64,000 bases of DNA from a virus (IMGVR_UViG_3300009702_000022:1-64000), one strand, 5' to 3'; positions 9,671 to 20,455 are shown, counted from the first letter of the stretch. Program-made: numbers and translations. Notes: generated by a model not told the origin, from the letters alone.

Positions 9671-10536
9671 GACGAACACGATTCGTAAATGCTCAGACTT
9701 TGGAACTTGCGACTACTGTCAACTCTACGGCCACCTCGATAGTGTTGACCGACGCCACATCGCTTCCAGCTTACGGTGATTTCAACATCACCGTTGAAAA
9801 CGAGATCATGTTGGTAACTCACCGCACAGCGAATACGTTGACTGTTGTTCGTGGTGAGGACGGGACTAGCGGTGCTTCACATACTAGTGGATTAGAAGTA
9901 CAAGTAATTGCCACCAAGACGGGCATGGACGCAATAGTACGTGATGCTGGCTTATTGTGTCCCACATATCCAACCAACCTATCCGTCAATACAGTAAACT
10001 TCTCTTGGAGCAACCAAGGCACTTCTAGCCTTGTTCAAAATGACTGGGGTGGCATTTCAATGCTTACCCAGAATTCAGCCACCCATTCTCTGCACATAGC
10101 CTACATGTCTGCGCCTTCCGAGCCTTGGACTTTGACAGGTCTGATTGATCTTGGCCCTCAAGCTGAGGGTGACACTGCTGGTTCTCACGGTGGCTTAATA
10201 CTAGGCGATTCCGGGAGCACCAAATGGGAAACCATCGGCCTGCGAGTAAACTCAGGAATAAACTGGTGGGAATGGAATAGCCCAACAAGTTATGCGTCAA
10301 CAATTGGCTCTTATGATTGGGGATTGTCCCGGCCGGTTTGGATGCGGTGGGTAAATGATGCCACAAACATCCAACCGTTTATTAGCATGGATGGTGTCAA
10401 CTGGCTTGAATTAGGAACAGCACAGGCTAAGACCGCATTTCTAAACGTGAATGGTCCAGATCGGATAGGTTTCTATTATTCAAATCACCAGACCGATGGC
10501 GAAATTTGCAACCTCAATGCGTGGTTGCTAACATAA
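9667..10536 (+). CDS. tail protein, paralog B (289 aa), candidate receptor-binding protein
   Basis: Start moved to ATG 9667 (ATGA overlap), which aligns its N-terminus (MRRTRFVN) with paralog A (MVRREQFVN). Confidence 0.5.
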   Translation: MRRTRFVNAQTLELATTVNSTATSIVLTDATSLPAYGDFNITVENEIMLVTHRTANTLTVVRGEDGTSGASHTSGLEVQVIATKTGMDAIVRDAGLLCPTYPTNLSVNTVNFSWSNQGTSSLVQNDWGGISMLTQNSATHSLHIAYMSAPSEPWTLTGLIDLGPQAEGDTAGSHGGLILGDSGSTKWETIGLRVNSGINWWEWNSPTSYASTIGSYDWGLSRPVWMRWVNDATNIQPFISMDGVNWLELGTAQAKTAFLNVNGPDRIGFYYSNHQTDGEICNLNAWLLT

Positions 10537-10546
10537 AGAGGATATT

Positions 10547-11848
10547 ATGGCTACGCAGTCACAACTGGGAACAGTCAATTCAATCCTCGCCAGTACAATG
10601 GCACTGGGCATCCCGGCTGGATTATCAACTGATAAATTTGAAACGGTAAATCAATACCTCGCACTGACTCAATCAGTGGCAGGTCAACTTGATATTTATC
10701 CAGTTGCTGATACAATTGCATTTTCTAGTGTAGTTAATCTCACTCGAAATCTAACAGTAAATCAGAGTATTAGCTTTGCTCAAAGAGCCGGACAAACTCG
10801 TGATGCCGTAGTTAGTCAAAATCTTGGCTTGAGTGATACGGTACTGGGGTTCAATTATGTCGACGATCGAAATCCGGTAGAACAAGTCATCGGTTTCTCC
10901 CAAGTTGTACTTCTTTCCCAAGCCCTTTCTGTTGACCAAAATCTTGGGCTTACTCAGACAGTAAGTATTCACGCTCCATATAGAGCATCCGTTAGTCATT
11001 TCCTGGGGATACATCAGCACACTTCCACGCCCCACCGCAGATGGGTAGCACAAGATCTGGGAATCGAGCATATTGTCCGTATTCCCATACCTCTCATTGT
11101 CAATCAGACAATATCCTTTGTCCAGGATAGTCCTATTGGGCGGTTTGATGACCTGATTACATTTACCCAGTCAGCCTCTGGTGCCAAAGGTTATGTTATC
11201 AAACAGGATATTTCCTTTGTTCATACTAATAATGTTCAGGGGATATTCATCCGATCGGTAGACCAAGATTCTGGCCTCATCCAGACCTTGACTTTTTTCG
11301 AGGATACTCCCTGCTACCGTAAACAGTACCATCCATTCCAAGGAGAGGGCGCAACACCCCCTGATAATTTGCTGGCTGGACAGGGACAGCTCCTAGACCG
11401 GTTCAGCCTGTATCAGCCCACACTGGGCCCGCGATCGTTAGAAGTGATTCTGAGGGCTCCTGAGATGGATGACCGGGACCGAAATGCATACAACCGAGTC
11501 CAAGGGGAGACTCGTGGTGGTAGAATCCGGGTTTATGCGGACCCCATCTGGCCAAAAGTTCGAACCATGGCCATAACAATCACCGGGGTTACTGAGACCA
11601 AAGTGGATGAACTCCATACTTTCCTGGACGCTACCTTGGGCCAGCAGATCGGATTTACTGATTGGAAAGGTAATCTTTGGGCTGGAACCGTGATGAACCC
11701 CAGCGAAGCGGCTACTCAGGATGGCCGTGGCCGGTGGACGATTAACTTGGAAATCGAGGCCGAGCCAGTAGACACAGTGATTCCCGGTAGCAGTGAGGAC
11801 GGACAGACGGTTACATTCTCGCAAAGCGTAGGAGTCGTGAAAGTATGA
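10547..11848 (+). CDS. repeat-containing tail protein (433 aa)
   Basis: Internal ~20-25-aa repeats (QNLGLSDTV / QNLGLTQTV / NQSISFAQ / NQTISFVQ). Confidence 0.4.
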   Translation: MATQSQLGTVNSILASTMALGIPAGLSTDKFETVNQYLALTQSVAGQLDIYPVADTIAFSSVVNLTRNLTVNQSISFAQRAGQTRDAVVSQNLGLSDTVLGFNYVDDRNPVEQVIGFSQVVLLSQALSVDQNLGLTQTVSIHAPYRASVSHFLGIHQHTSTPHRRWVAQDLGIEHIVRIPIPLIVNQTISFVQDSPIGRFDDLITFTQSASGAKGYVIKQDISFVHTNNVQGIFIRSVDQDSGLIQTLTFFEDTPCYRKQYHPFQGEGATPPDNLLAGQGQLLDRFSLYQPTLGPRSLEVILRAPEMDDRDRNAYNRVQGETRGGRIRVYADPIWPKVRTMAITITGVTETKVDELHTFLDATLGQQIGFTDWKGNLWAGTVMNPSEAATQDGRGRWTINLEIEAEPVDTVIPGSSEDGQTVTFSQSVGVVKV

Positions 11849-12228
11849 GTTTTCTTCTTCAAGCCCCATACCCAGCTCTCGTGAGCACCACCTTGCTCCC
11901 CAGCCCAATCTGGGGTGACTCAAAAGCTATCAAAGGGGTCGTCACTTCCATGCGCTCGATTGATGGCACGCTGTATACCTATGTCAAGACTAAAGGGAGT
12001 AAAAAGAAATTTCAGTGGGATTTCAAACTGGCTCGCAATAAGGCTCTTGAACTGAGATCTTTCATTGAAGCATATTTCGGTAAAGCGATCAGGATTACAG
12101 ATCATGACGGTGATATCTGGGTAGGCTATTTGATAAACAATCCCTTTGAATTCACGACTCAGGGTTCGGCTTTCGATTGGCCTGGAGATGAGATGATGAA
12201 TATCCGATTAGAATTTGAGGAAAAGTGA
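11845..12228 (+). CDS. hypothetical tail protein (127 aa)
   Basis: ATGA-coupled ORF in the tail module. Confidence 0.4.
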   Translation: MSFLLQAPYPALVSTTLLPSPIWGDSKAIKGVVTSMRSIDGTLYTYVKTKGSKKKFQWDFKLARNKALELRSFIEAYFGKAIRITDHDGDIWVGYLINNPFEFTTQGSAFDWPGDEMMNIRLEFEEK

Positions 12229-15200
12229 TGCGTACAGTAACGTCTTCAGCGCAGAACCTACTTGATACTCTCCAGGGAACAGAGTTAATGGCTCTTGTCC
12301 ACATTGAGTGGTCAGAGGGCGGTGGAATCTATTATTCCGATCAAGAGTTAACTGGGGCAATGCCCTTAATCCTTGAACTGGGCGGCTTCGATGGTTCGAT
12401 GATGCTCAGTGGCTCCAGTGATTCTCAAGAATTAAATCTGGTGCTAGATGATATTGATGGTCATATTCGAACCATCTATAATTCAATGGATATTCACAAG
12501 AGACCTGTCAGTGTTTATCTTTTACACAAAGGTCTCCCTCTCTCCGATAAGATTCTTGTCTTCAAAGGCGAAATCGTTACCCCTATCGAATGGGATGAAG
12601 CCAATCGCTCAGTATCTCTCAATGTTCTTTCCAAATTAAAAGAAAAGCAAATTGGTTTTTCAATGGAAGAGGGGGATTTCCCGAACATCCCAGAGGAGGC
12701 GCTGGGGAAGCCGTGGCCGCTCGTATTTGGGGATGTTTGCCACATCCCTGCCGTCAAAGTACGAGCGCCACGGCGAGGTTATTTAGAAACCGGGGTTGGA
12801 ATTCATGACTTCACGTTGGAACCCCGTATTTGTCAAGCAATCAAAATCCAATGCCCAAGTCAGTCCACTGGTAATCAATCCATTTTGCAACAAGGGGCGA
12901 ATAATACGTGGACATCGGCTACTCAGAAAACCATTGGGCCTGATTTAGAATGTGTGAATCGAAGATTTGGAGAAATCTGTAAATTAAAGGATCTTTTGGA
13001 TCAACAGTTGGCGTATGAGCGGAAATCATTCACTGTTTACAATGGAGTCAGCTTCCCTCAAGGAGAAGAAGTTACAATCTTTGTAGATGCAGCCACTTTT
13101 CATGGTACTTTCAGTGGTAACGTGTTCAGTGTAATCTGGCAAAAACATCCTGAATTTGATACGTTTAATCATGTTGCATGTCGCGATGTACCGTCTCTCG
13201 GATATGGGACAGTTCTCGGGAAACCACAGATTGGTGGAACTGGGTGCACTTCTAGCGGTGGATATTGGTTTGCCCATGACACGGGTGTTCCAGGAGGTGC
13301 TAATGCTTCATCAGCTACATGGATTCCTAATGCAGAAGGAACAGCATTTACTCCTAATCAAACAAATGAACAAGCCTTTCAATCATGCGATGAAGCCTTG
13401 GTTTCTACACCTGCATTGGTTGGAGGACCAAAAACATCTTGGGAATATTATGATAAGATGGAAGCCTCTGATTTCTTCTGGGCCCCGGCTGGCAGTGAAG
13501 TGTATATGGAAGCCGAGTCCGAAGTGCTCTACATCGTGTCTCTTATTCCTGGGGTAGTGAATAATGTGGCTGCATTTCGAAATGCCCCTAATGGTTTCCG
13601 ATATCTGACTGAAGTCCCAACTGACCGGTATACAGTTTATGAGACAGACTATCAAGGTTACAATGTGGTAGAGATTGGTCTGGATCGAGAATTATCGAAG
13701 TATGTGGATTCCACAACTCACGAGTCCGAAGGATGGGAAGACCAACTTTATGTGTCATTCACTTCAACGGTTGGGGGTAACCCATGCGATATCATTGAAT
13801 GGTTGGTGAACAAATACACTGATCTGACTATTGATCCAACCAGCTTCGCATCAGTATCTAATTATCTGACAAATTATCCAACGAATTTCTATACCACAGA
13901 TCGTCCAGATGTATACGATCTGATCAACGATATTGCTTACCAATCTCGGTGTGCGGTTTATGTTCGAAATGATGTGATGTACATCAAGTATTTGGCGTTG
14001 GAACCAACTAGTGTGCGCACCATTGATACAAGTGACATCCTATTTGGCTCCTTCAAAGAATCCATTAGTCAAACTGAAGATGTGTATACCACTCACAATA
14101 TCAAATGGCAAAAGGCAGGTGCTTCAGTTCGAGATGACTATGATGTTGAGCAAAAGTTGATTTTGAAATATAACGTGGACAAGTATGGAACGGTTAAAGA
14201 GGATTGGACATATCAATGTTTGAATATTTATGATCTTGTGTTGAAGACAGGCACCTTTTGGTTGATCCGAAAAGCCAATTCATGGAAGAAGATTTCATTT
14301 GATCTTCCAATCAAACATCTGGACCTGGATGTGTTGGATGCAATCACTGTAGATATACCATCATTCAGTGCTACTCCAGTGAAGTGTGTTATTGAATCAG
14401 TCAATGTTAACCCAGACGATAACAAAGTAAGCCTTGTATGCTGGACGCCTTTAAGGGCTGGCGAAACAACTCCCTATTACTGGGCATGGCCATCACAACA
14501 AAGTCGATACCAGATATGGCCACTTCCAGGTGATACACATGGTGGAGGGGGGTATAACTTTGAGGTTTATCCACCCGAAGGTCATTTGCTTCTTGGTGGT
14601 GCCCACGATGATGATCAATTGATCATTAGTTCAGGTGATTTACATCCAAGTGATCTTGATGACACAGCCCCGAGTGTAACCTGTGATATCAGTGATTATT
14701 TGAACTTCAATGAGAAACCCCCGGTGATTGTAGCAAAAGAGATTGCTCAGAGTGCTGCGAGACAATCTAATGAGAACGCCATGACAGGAGGTGGGAACGC
14801 TGGTGGTTCTGGTAGCAAGAAACAAACACTTGATGGTTGTGGCGTAGGAAATGGCTGTAACTACAGAGTGAAAGTGAATTGGCATAAGTCAGAATCCCAA
14901 GGTCAAGCAGGGCCTTCAGGCGGGGCTAAGCATGGTGGTCCATGCGGAGGCCCTTGTCGATGTGTAGGGGGATGTCCATCATGCTATGGTCCAATTTGGA
15001 CAGTATGCCATACATTTGGTTCTGCTAATGGAGCCCGTGCCGCTGCTAATTATTTCATGTCTGCTTATGGAAGTCCTGATGGTTGGTGGGAATGTGAACA
15101 AGTAGGAGTACTTCAGGCTAGCGCGTCTGATGGAACTCATGGTGAGGACACCTTTGGACAATGTCCATCTGTTAATGATGCTGCTAGTGGAGGTGATTCT

Positions 15201-15308
15201 AATGAAGGTAAAGATACACTTCAACAAAAAGGCGAACCGACTGGAACAAATGGAGATGAACCAGATGATCCTTTATATGGCACCGTTACTGAAAATCCTT
15301 ATGTCTAA
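12228..15308 (+). CDS. large tail tip / host-specificity-like protein (1026 aa) with a Cys/Gly-rich C-terminal module
   Basis: Size and position after the tape-measure/distal-tail genes; N-terminus resembles the phage-tail_3 / gpJ-like family from memory; C-terminal GGPCGGPCRCVGGCPSCYG cluster. Confidence 0.5.
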   Translation: MRTVTSSAQNLLDTLQGTELMALVHIEWSEGGGIYYSDQELTGAMPLILELGGFDGSMMLSGSSDSQELNLVLDDIDGHIRTIYNSMDIHKRPVSVYLLHKGLPLSDKILVFKGEIVTPIEWDEANRSVSLNVLSKLKEKQIGFSMEEGDFPNIPEEALGKPWPLVFGDVCHIPAVKVRAPRRGYLETGVGIHDFTLEPRICQAIKIQCPSQSTGNQSILQQGANNTWTSATQKTIGPDLECVNRRFGEICKLKDLLDQQLAYERKSFTVYNGVSFPQGEEVTIFVDAATFHGTFSGNVFSVIWQKHPEFDTFNHVACRDVPSLGYGTVLGKPQIGGTGCTSSGGYWFAHDTGVPGGANASSATWIPNAEGTAFTPNQTNEQAFQSCDEALVSTPALVGGPKTSWEYYDKMEASDFFWAPAGSEVYMEAESEVLYIVSLIPGVVNNVAAFRNAPNGFRYLTEVPTDRYTVYETDYQGYNVVEIGLDRELSKYVDSTTHESEGWEDQLYVSFTSTVGGNPCDIIEWLVNKYTDLTIDPTSFASVSNYLTNYPTNFYTTDRPDVYDLINDIAYQSRCAVYVRNDVMYIKYLALEPTSVRTIDTSDILFGSFKESISQTEDVYTTHNIKWQKAGASVRDDYDVEQKLILKYNVDKYGTVKEDWTYQCLNIYDLVLKTGTFWLIRKANSWKKISFDLPIKHLDLDVLDAITVDIPSFSATPVKCVIESVNVNPDDNKVSLVCWTPLRAGETTPYYWAWPSQQSRYQIWPLPGDTHGGGGYNFEVYPPEGHLLLGGAHDDDQLIISSGDLHPSDLDDTAPSVTCDISDYLNFNEKPPVIVAKEIAQSAARQSNENAMTGGGNAGGSGSKKQTLDGCGVGNGCNYRVKVNWHKSESQGQAGPSGGAKHGGPCGGPCRCVGGCPSCYGPIWTVCHTFGSANGARAAANYFMSAYGSPDGWWECEQVGVLQASASDGTHGEDTFGQCPSVNDAASGGDSNEGKDTLQQKGEPTGTNGDEPDDPLYGTVTENPYV

Positions 15309-15323
15309 CTGAAAGGAAAGATT

Positions 15324-15869
15324 ATGCTACCTTGCACGCGACGGCAGAAGGTGGTAAAGAATAAAGGCACCATTTTCCGGTGCATCAGTAAAGACTCCAA
15401 GGTAAAAGGGCAAGAAGTTACAAAAGATATCTGTGACCATTGTCCAGTTCGCAAGTTCAGGAAACAGGGTCCGCCTTGCCAACAGCCGAAGGCGCCTGCG
15501 CCATCTCCGATACCAAATAAGAATGCCGCTGACGAAATTAAGGAGATCGTTCATGGCACTCCTCTTGAAGAAATGCCAATCGAGGGTTTGGATCTCTCGA
15601 CACCCCCTAGTTCGCCAGAGTACCCCGCTGTCTCCATGCAACTATGGTTGTATAAAGATGCTTTAGTGCGCTGGAAGAAAGCCGGTTACCCGGTGCGGTC
15701 TGATGCAGAAGTTGCGAAAATCCATGAAACAAAATGCAAGCCTTGTTCATGGTATGACCCAAAAAAGAAACGCTGCAAAGGGTGTGGATGTCGGGTATCA
15801 GTAGGATCTGTTGCTGTCTTCAACAAGATTAAGATGGCAACTGAACATTGCCCCAAGGAGCTTTGGTAA
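15324..15869 (+). CDS. Cys-rich hypothetical protein (181 aa)
   Basis: Several CxxC pairs; Pro-rich linker. Confidence 0.35.
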   Translation: MLPCTRRQKVVKNKGTIFRCISKDSKVKGQEVTKDICDHCPVRKFRKQGPPCQQPKAPAPSPIPNKNAADEIKEIVHGTPLEEMPIEGLDLSTPPSSPEYPAVSMQLWLYKDALVRWKKAGYPVRSDAEVAKIHETKCKPCSWYDPKKKRCKGCGCRVSVGSVAVFNKIKMATEHCPKELW

Positions 15870-16429
15870 TGGAAGCGGCTTTCTCATGGCTTGGCCAGAT
15901 ATTTGAGGCAATGTTGCAGTTTGTGCCTCGGAGAGTAATTGTACGAGCCACGGAAGGTGGGGTAAAGTGGTCATTGTGGAAAGAGCCAAAAGAAATGAAG
16001 CCGGGGATTAGATTCTACTGGCCTCTGATAACTGATATCCAAATTAACAACGTTGCACGCGATTCGTTTAACACTCCCACACAACCTCTGGAAACGAAAG
16101 ACGGCAAGGAAGTTCTAGCAGGAGGTGTGGTGGTGTATCATGTGAACGATGTGATTCAGGCCTGGGGGAAACAGAACATTGATCCAGCGAACACGGCTCA
16201 AGATATTACACAGGCTGTTATCGCTTCTGTTATTTCTCACCATACCCACGCCTATATTCTTGAAGAAATGTGTGGTGAGATTGAAAAAGAGATTACCGAG
16301 AAAGCCCGTAAGCAACTTAGACAATTCGGGGTTTACGTTAGCCGTGCGGGACTGGCTGCGTTCTCTACGACTCACAACTATCATGTATCAGGTATCGAAG
16401 TACAAATCTACCCAGGGGAACAGGAGTGA
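15869..16429 (+). CDS. hypothetical protein (186 aa), possibly SPFH/band-7-like
   Basis: Start moved to ATG 15869 (TAATG overlap, AAGGAG upstream). The SPFH resemblance is weak. Confidence 0.3.
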   Translation: MEAAFSWLGQIFEAMLQFVPRRVIVRATEGGVKWSLWKEPKEMKPGIRFYWPLITDIQINNVARDSFNTPTQPLETKDGKEVLAGGVVVYHVNDVIQAWGKQNIDPANTAQDITQAVIASVISHHTHAYILEEMCGEIEKEITEKARKQLRQFGVYVSRAGLAAFSTTHNYHVSGIEVQIYPGEQE

Positions 16430-16486
16430 CGTGCTTGGGAACCAATAGCATCTCACTCCTCCCCTTTATTCAAAGGAAAAGATAGC

Positions 16487-16729
16487 ATGGCAAGAAAACG
16501 ATGTCGTAAGTGTAGAAAAGAGAAGGATGTGAAAAGGCCAAAGAGGGCCCCGCGCCCAGAAACAAGTCTCCAGGCGCAGCGGCGGCGTCAAAGAATAGCT
16601 CGACAGAATGCATTAGCCAAACAAAGAGAGGATCGTCTTGTAGACCTTAGCAGTGGCAAGAGCATCCGACAAAGCGTTGTGAGCGTGGTCGAGTTGTATT
16701 CCGAGCCTCTTGGTGACGGCGCCCAATGA
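16487..16729 (+). CDS. small highly basic protein (80 aa)
   Basis: RBS AAAGGAAAAG; K/R-rich N-terminus; its 3' end overlaps the convergent exonuclease gene. Confidence 0.3.
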   Translation: MARKRCRKCRKEKDVKRPKRAPRPETSLQAQRRRQRIARQNALAKQREDRLVDLSSGKSIRQSVVSVVELYSEPLGDGAQ

Positions 16730-17224
16730 TATTGAGGAAAAGGGATTAGACATCCCTTTCCACCAATACATGTCATTCATAAATGCCGCCGCTACCTGCG
16801 TGTCACGGAATCGTCCATCCCACATGGTATGGAAGGCATCTGATCCAAGCCAGTGCAACATCATTGTTCGCTCAAACCCAAAGTTATGGGATAGGGGAAC
16901 AAGACGCTTCCCGCTGGGTAAGTTCAGTGATACAAACCACTCATCCATCAGCTCCGCAGCCCGCTCTTGTGAAATACACTCATCAGCCATTTTCTTTGCA
17001 TTCAAGCGAGTCTTTGCCTTAGCATCTTGTCCCTGTCTCTCAGGGTGATATGGAGCGATACCGTCCAGATAGAAGTGACGGTACTTCTTTGATGGCGTTA
17101 ACTGGGCATCCAATGGCACCGCAGCTATCTGGATTATCTCATGCCACCCAGGTACGAGGCCAGTAGTCTCAATGTCAAGTGCAGTTAATACATGACCAAA
17201 CAAATTACTTTGTGCTGCCATCAT
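16613..17224 (-). CDS. DnaQ-like 3'-5' exonuclease (DEDDh)
   Basis: Exo I LDIETTGL, Exo III H..ALSDALATAKV. Start chosen at MMAAQSN with GAGGAG upstream. Confidence 0.75.
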   Translation of the reverse strand: MMAAQSNLFGHVLTALDIETTGLVPGWHEIIQIAAVPLDAQLTPSKKYRHFYLDGIAPYHPERQGQDAKAKTRLNAKKMADECISQERAAELMDEWFVSLNLPSGKRLVPLSHNFGFERTMMLHWLGSDAFHTMWDGRFRDTQVAAAFMNDMYWWKGMSNPFSSISLGAVTKRLGIQLDHAHNALSDALATAKVYKTILSLFG

Positions 17225-17666
17225 ATGACTCCTCAGTGTTAGCAATGGTGTACTGATAAGGATCGTGATCCTTGAACAGTTCTTTCAGGTGTGCCACTTC
17301 CCCTTTCAGGGAATCGATCTTCTTACTAACAGGTGCTTTTGGCGGCCGGTCATCGTTGAGTTTATCACAAAGTTGTGCATCAAGGATGATTGCACAGCAA
17401 GCCATGACCGAACCCAAATGATGAACGTGGGTCATTTCATCAGCCTCTTCACCATTGAGCCACTTTGCCATATGTCGTCGCATGGCTGAGTAGTAAATAG
17501 ATGACCGGACGCCCATCGCTCGCCAGTTGTACTTTCCGTACTTTGAGGCACCTTCCAGAAAGGCCATTGCCATTTCTGCCAATGCCCCCTCCGGGATCAA
17601 GTCATATGGAACCTTGGTTGCACCGATGCTGTCTTTTGGATTCGTGTGTTTTGTGTCGTCACTCAC
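17205..17666 (-). CDS. dATP/dGTP diphosphohydrolase N-terminal-domain protein
   Basis: LIPEGALAEMAMAFLEGASKYGKYNWR...HVHHLGSVMACCAIIL matches the phage dGTP_diPhyd_N pattern (LPP.AL..A.V...GA.KYG..NW) recalled from memory. Confidence 0.5.
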   Translation of the reverse strand: MSDDTKHTNPKDSIGATKVPYDLIPEGALAEMAMAFLEGASKYGKYNWRAMGVRSSIYYSAMRRHMAKWLNGEEADEMTHVHHLGSVMACCAIILDAQLCDKLNDDRPPKAPVSKKIDSLKGEVAHLKELFKDHDPYQYTIANTEESYDGSTK

Positions 17667-20455
17667 AGTTCTACCTCTTTCATAATTCTCTTACCACTTT
17701 GCACGTAAGGTTCTGTTGGCTGAGTTCTATCATCAAATGATAAGTTACCCACGCATGTAACATTGCCACCGGAGCGGCCAACTGGAAATCCCTTTTCACT
17801 CAGTCGCTTCCGAATAGCTGTTTCAGTAAAGATGCTCTTGTTCACATCGTCCATGTCTGAATAGAACATCTTCTTGAAGTCCGCGAACTTGATCCTTGAT
17901 CCTGGAATAACAAAACAGTTCTCTTCAAGAAATGTCTCAAAGAGATCTTTGTTCGATTCCATTAAGGCCTTCTTACCACGCGTTTCGATTATTGGCAACC
18001 GAAGTCTACCAATTGGCTCAGGGATTTCCATGTCCAAGAGGGTTCGTAGAAAGGCCGGCGCCTCTTCGCGCAACTTCTCAAATAGCAACTCCTTCGGAAT
18101 ATCTTCATCTGGAGCCTCTACGCACATGGCGGTGATTCGCGTGTCCCCGTGGAACACGGGTAAATTATCACGCGAGTTACCCATCTGCACGAAGTGTAAG
18201 GTATTAGGCACCATGATTACAGTCTTGTGCTTCGCATGAATTGCCAGACTAGTTCCGGTTGTCCAATCTTTCAATCGATTGTATGCGTCCAATCCAGAAT
18301 TGGCTACATCGATTTCATCCACCACAGCCAAGATGGCTCCTCTCAATTCTCCATTGTAGCCGTTCGGCGATGTCATCGCCCTATCAGCCCGGGCCACTCC
18401 TTTCTTCCCCACAAACAATTCGGCAAGGGCTTCATGAAATGTTGACTTACCTGAATTCTGCACGCCATACATGAACAGATATGGTAGCTTGCATTCTGGA
18501 TACCTTATCATACAAGCCACCCACGCCTTGAGATAATCTCCTCCGGTCCGAAGGCTCCAGCTCTTAGACCAAGGTAGACCTGGGATGTATTCATCCAAAT
18601 CTTTACCACAATGATTCATAATAATATCCCAATGCTTATGCACTGGAATAGTTCCGTCTCTGATTTCCAGAGGTGTGAATGCAAATTGAATGCCGTCTCG
18701 ATTCCATCGACGGCCTCCCGGGTATTCTGGTTGAAATGGCAAGTTAACTATCTCCCATGGTTTGTAAACGGCTTGTCCTAGAAGTGGGTCAGGTTTATCA
18801 AATCCTTCCGCTACTAAAAATGATCTCACATTTTCGCGGGGTTGGATAACCCACTTGCTCCCCTCATCTCTTATTACCCAGTCATCGAAACGCTCGGTGT
18901 CGCCACACAGTTTCAAGCAGCGGATTTTGTTATCCAATTCATTGAAAACTTTCTCTTCATCTACTCCAGACAATTCAATGGAATCGGAGATTACTCGTTC
19001 CCATCCACGAGAGGACTTGGTAAAATACTTGAATTGTGTTGTGGTATCTTTGGCCGTTTTCTGAATACAAAGGATCACTCGCCCTTTGTCGTCTTCTCTC
19101 AAAGACAACTGTCGTTTAGCGTAGCCATCCTTTAATTCATTACCGTCTTTGTCTTTGAGGGTTGGTGGCCGAATCCTTGACTTGAGCAAAGATAGCGCAG
19201 CATTGAGTTCTTCCAATTCCGCGAAGATATATCCTTGCTTGGAATCTGGGGCTTCATACCCACCACAGGAGACGGCTACTTGCCGCAAGGTTGGATCACA
19301 ATTAAATTGAATCGTGGTCCACTTCCCATGGGTTTCCCAAAGCGGATGTTCTTCTACCCCTTGACCAAATCGATATACATCAAAACTCCCACCTGTGCGT
19401 GGTCGAGCATAGCAATTGGGTTTTCCTGGATCTGTATCAGGGGAGTTGGTATCATATAACCCCCGTAATGGGATTCCTCGCTCCTTGAAGTCTTCATAGA
19501 CTTCTTTCAAACCTCTTGTGTGCCCTTGCCAAAGATGATGGTCATGAACCCACACACTACTGTGCCCCGTTCGTTCAAGGGCTTCCAGAATCTTCATGTG
19601 AGCTTCTTCTAACGGCGTCCGGGCATATGCCTCGGTCATTTCATCCAGCTCATCGCCAGACGTTTGTGAGCCGTCCGGTGTCCATCCTTGGACCCGGACT
19701 TTGCTTCGACCACCGGAGACGACCTCAAGATTATCCTTCCAGTTTGGAGGGACATGAGCAGCGGTCAGCTTTTGTTTGATTGGTTTGACTACTTCGTAGC
19801 CGTGATTATCAGGAGTAGCGCTATCATGATGGATCCACATAACAGATCCACACACATCTACATTGGCTTCAATATCGAGGCCAGTGTATTTAGCAATCAG
19901 TGGAATATATGATCGCGCGAGGGCAGCGTGCTCATGATGATTCAGAGTAATAGGATATGGCTTTTGAAACCAAATATAGATGTGCCGTCCGTTACCGCGA
20001 GTAGACCGAATAACTTCGAGCCATTCTGTTTCAATATTATCTAGCTTGTCAATTTCTTCAGCCGACACTCCCACACCATCAGCATGCCCTATGAGGGAAT
20101 CGAAGTCAAACCCCAGCCCAATACTTTGTTTGTTGACCCAGTCCCACCAAGTAGTTCCAATGGCCTTCATGCGGTTGCGTATAATATAACGGATCGGTGG
20201 GTTGTTGAAAACAGCCTCACCCCCGGCATCATAAGGCCATCGCTGCGGGCCGAATATCTCCCCTTCTTCCTCGAACTTACCATTATCCAGTGGCACCCCA
20301 CCAGGGTGACAGATTATTTGAGTTTCGAGGGTGTACGGATTTACACCCCAGCGCGCAAGCAATTCAGGATTGTTATGACCGTATAATGGATTGGTCGGAT
20401 CATCGCGGTGTTCATACAGTTTTTTGTAGGCATCGCAGATACGCTCATTCTGCAT
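17663..20455 (-). CDS. primase-polymerase / D5-like SF3 helicase replication protein
   Basis: N-terminal prim-pol-like region (GRHIYIWF). C-terminal Walker A GVQNSGKST and Walker B AVVDEIDV of the P4/D5 primase-helicase type. Start at MQNERI behind GGAGGAAC. Confidence 0.75.
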   Translation of the reverse strand: MQNERICDAYKKLYEHRDDPTNPLYGHNNPELLARWGVNPYTLETQIICHPGGVPLDNGKFEEEGEIFGPQRWPYDAGGEAVFNNPPIRYIIRNRMKAIGTTWWDWVNKQSIGLGFDFDSLIGHADGVGVSAEEIDKLDNIETEWLEVIRSTRGNGRHIYIWFQKPYPITLNHHEHAALARSYIPLIAKYTGLDIEANVDVCGSVMWIHHDSATPDNHGYEVVKPIKQKLTAAHVPPNWKDNLEVVSGGRSKVRVQGWTPDGSQTSGDELDEMTEAYARTPLEEAHMKILEALERTGHSSVWVHDHHLWQGHTRGLKEVYEDFKERGIPLRGLYDTNSPDTDPGKPNCYARPRTGGSFDVYRFGQGVEEHPLWETHGKWTTIQFNCDPTLRQVAVSCGGYEAPDSKQGYIFAELEELNAALSLLKSRIRPPTLKDKDGNELKDGYAKRQLSLREDDKGRVILCIQKTAKDTTTQFKYFTKSSRGWERVISDSIELSGVDEEKVFNELDNKIRCLKLCGDTERFDDWVIRDEGSKWVIQPRENVRSFLVAEGFDKPDPLLGQAVYKPWEIVNLPFQPEYPGGRRWNRDGIQFAFTPLEIRDGTIPVHKHWDIIMNHCGKDLDEYIPGLPWSKSWSLRTGGDYLKAWVACMIRYPECKLPYLFMYGVQNSGKSTFHEALAELFVGKKGVARADRAMTSPNGYNGELRGAILAVVDEIDVANSGLDAYNRLKDWTTGTSLAIHAKHKTVIMVPNTLHFVQMGNSRDNLPVFHGDTRITAMCVEAPDEDIPKELLFEKLREEAPAFLRTLLDMEIPEPIGRLRLPIIETRGKKALMESNKDLFETFLEENCFVIPGSRIKFADFKKMFYSDMDDVNKSIFTETAIRKRLSEKGFPVGRSGGNVTCVGNLSFDDRTQPTEPYVQSGKRIMKEVEL

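Noticed and set aside
61-12757. Many minus-strand ORFs in the track inside the tail module (e.g. 61..264, 475..858, 2704..3180, 8478..8816, 11438..11923)
   Set aside because: All lie antisense within longer, better-supported plus-strand genes and lack RBS or coupling; treated as shadow ORFs.
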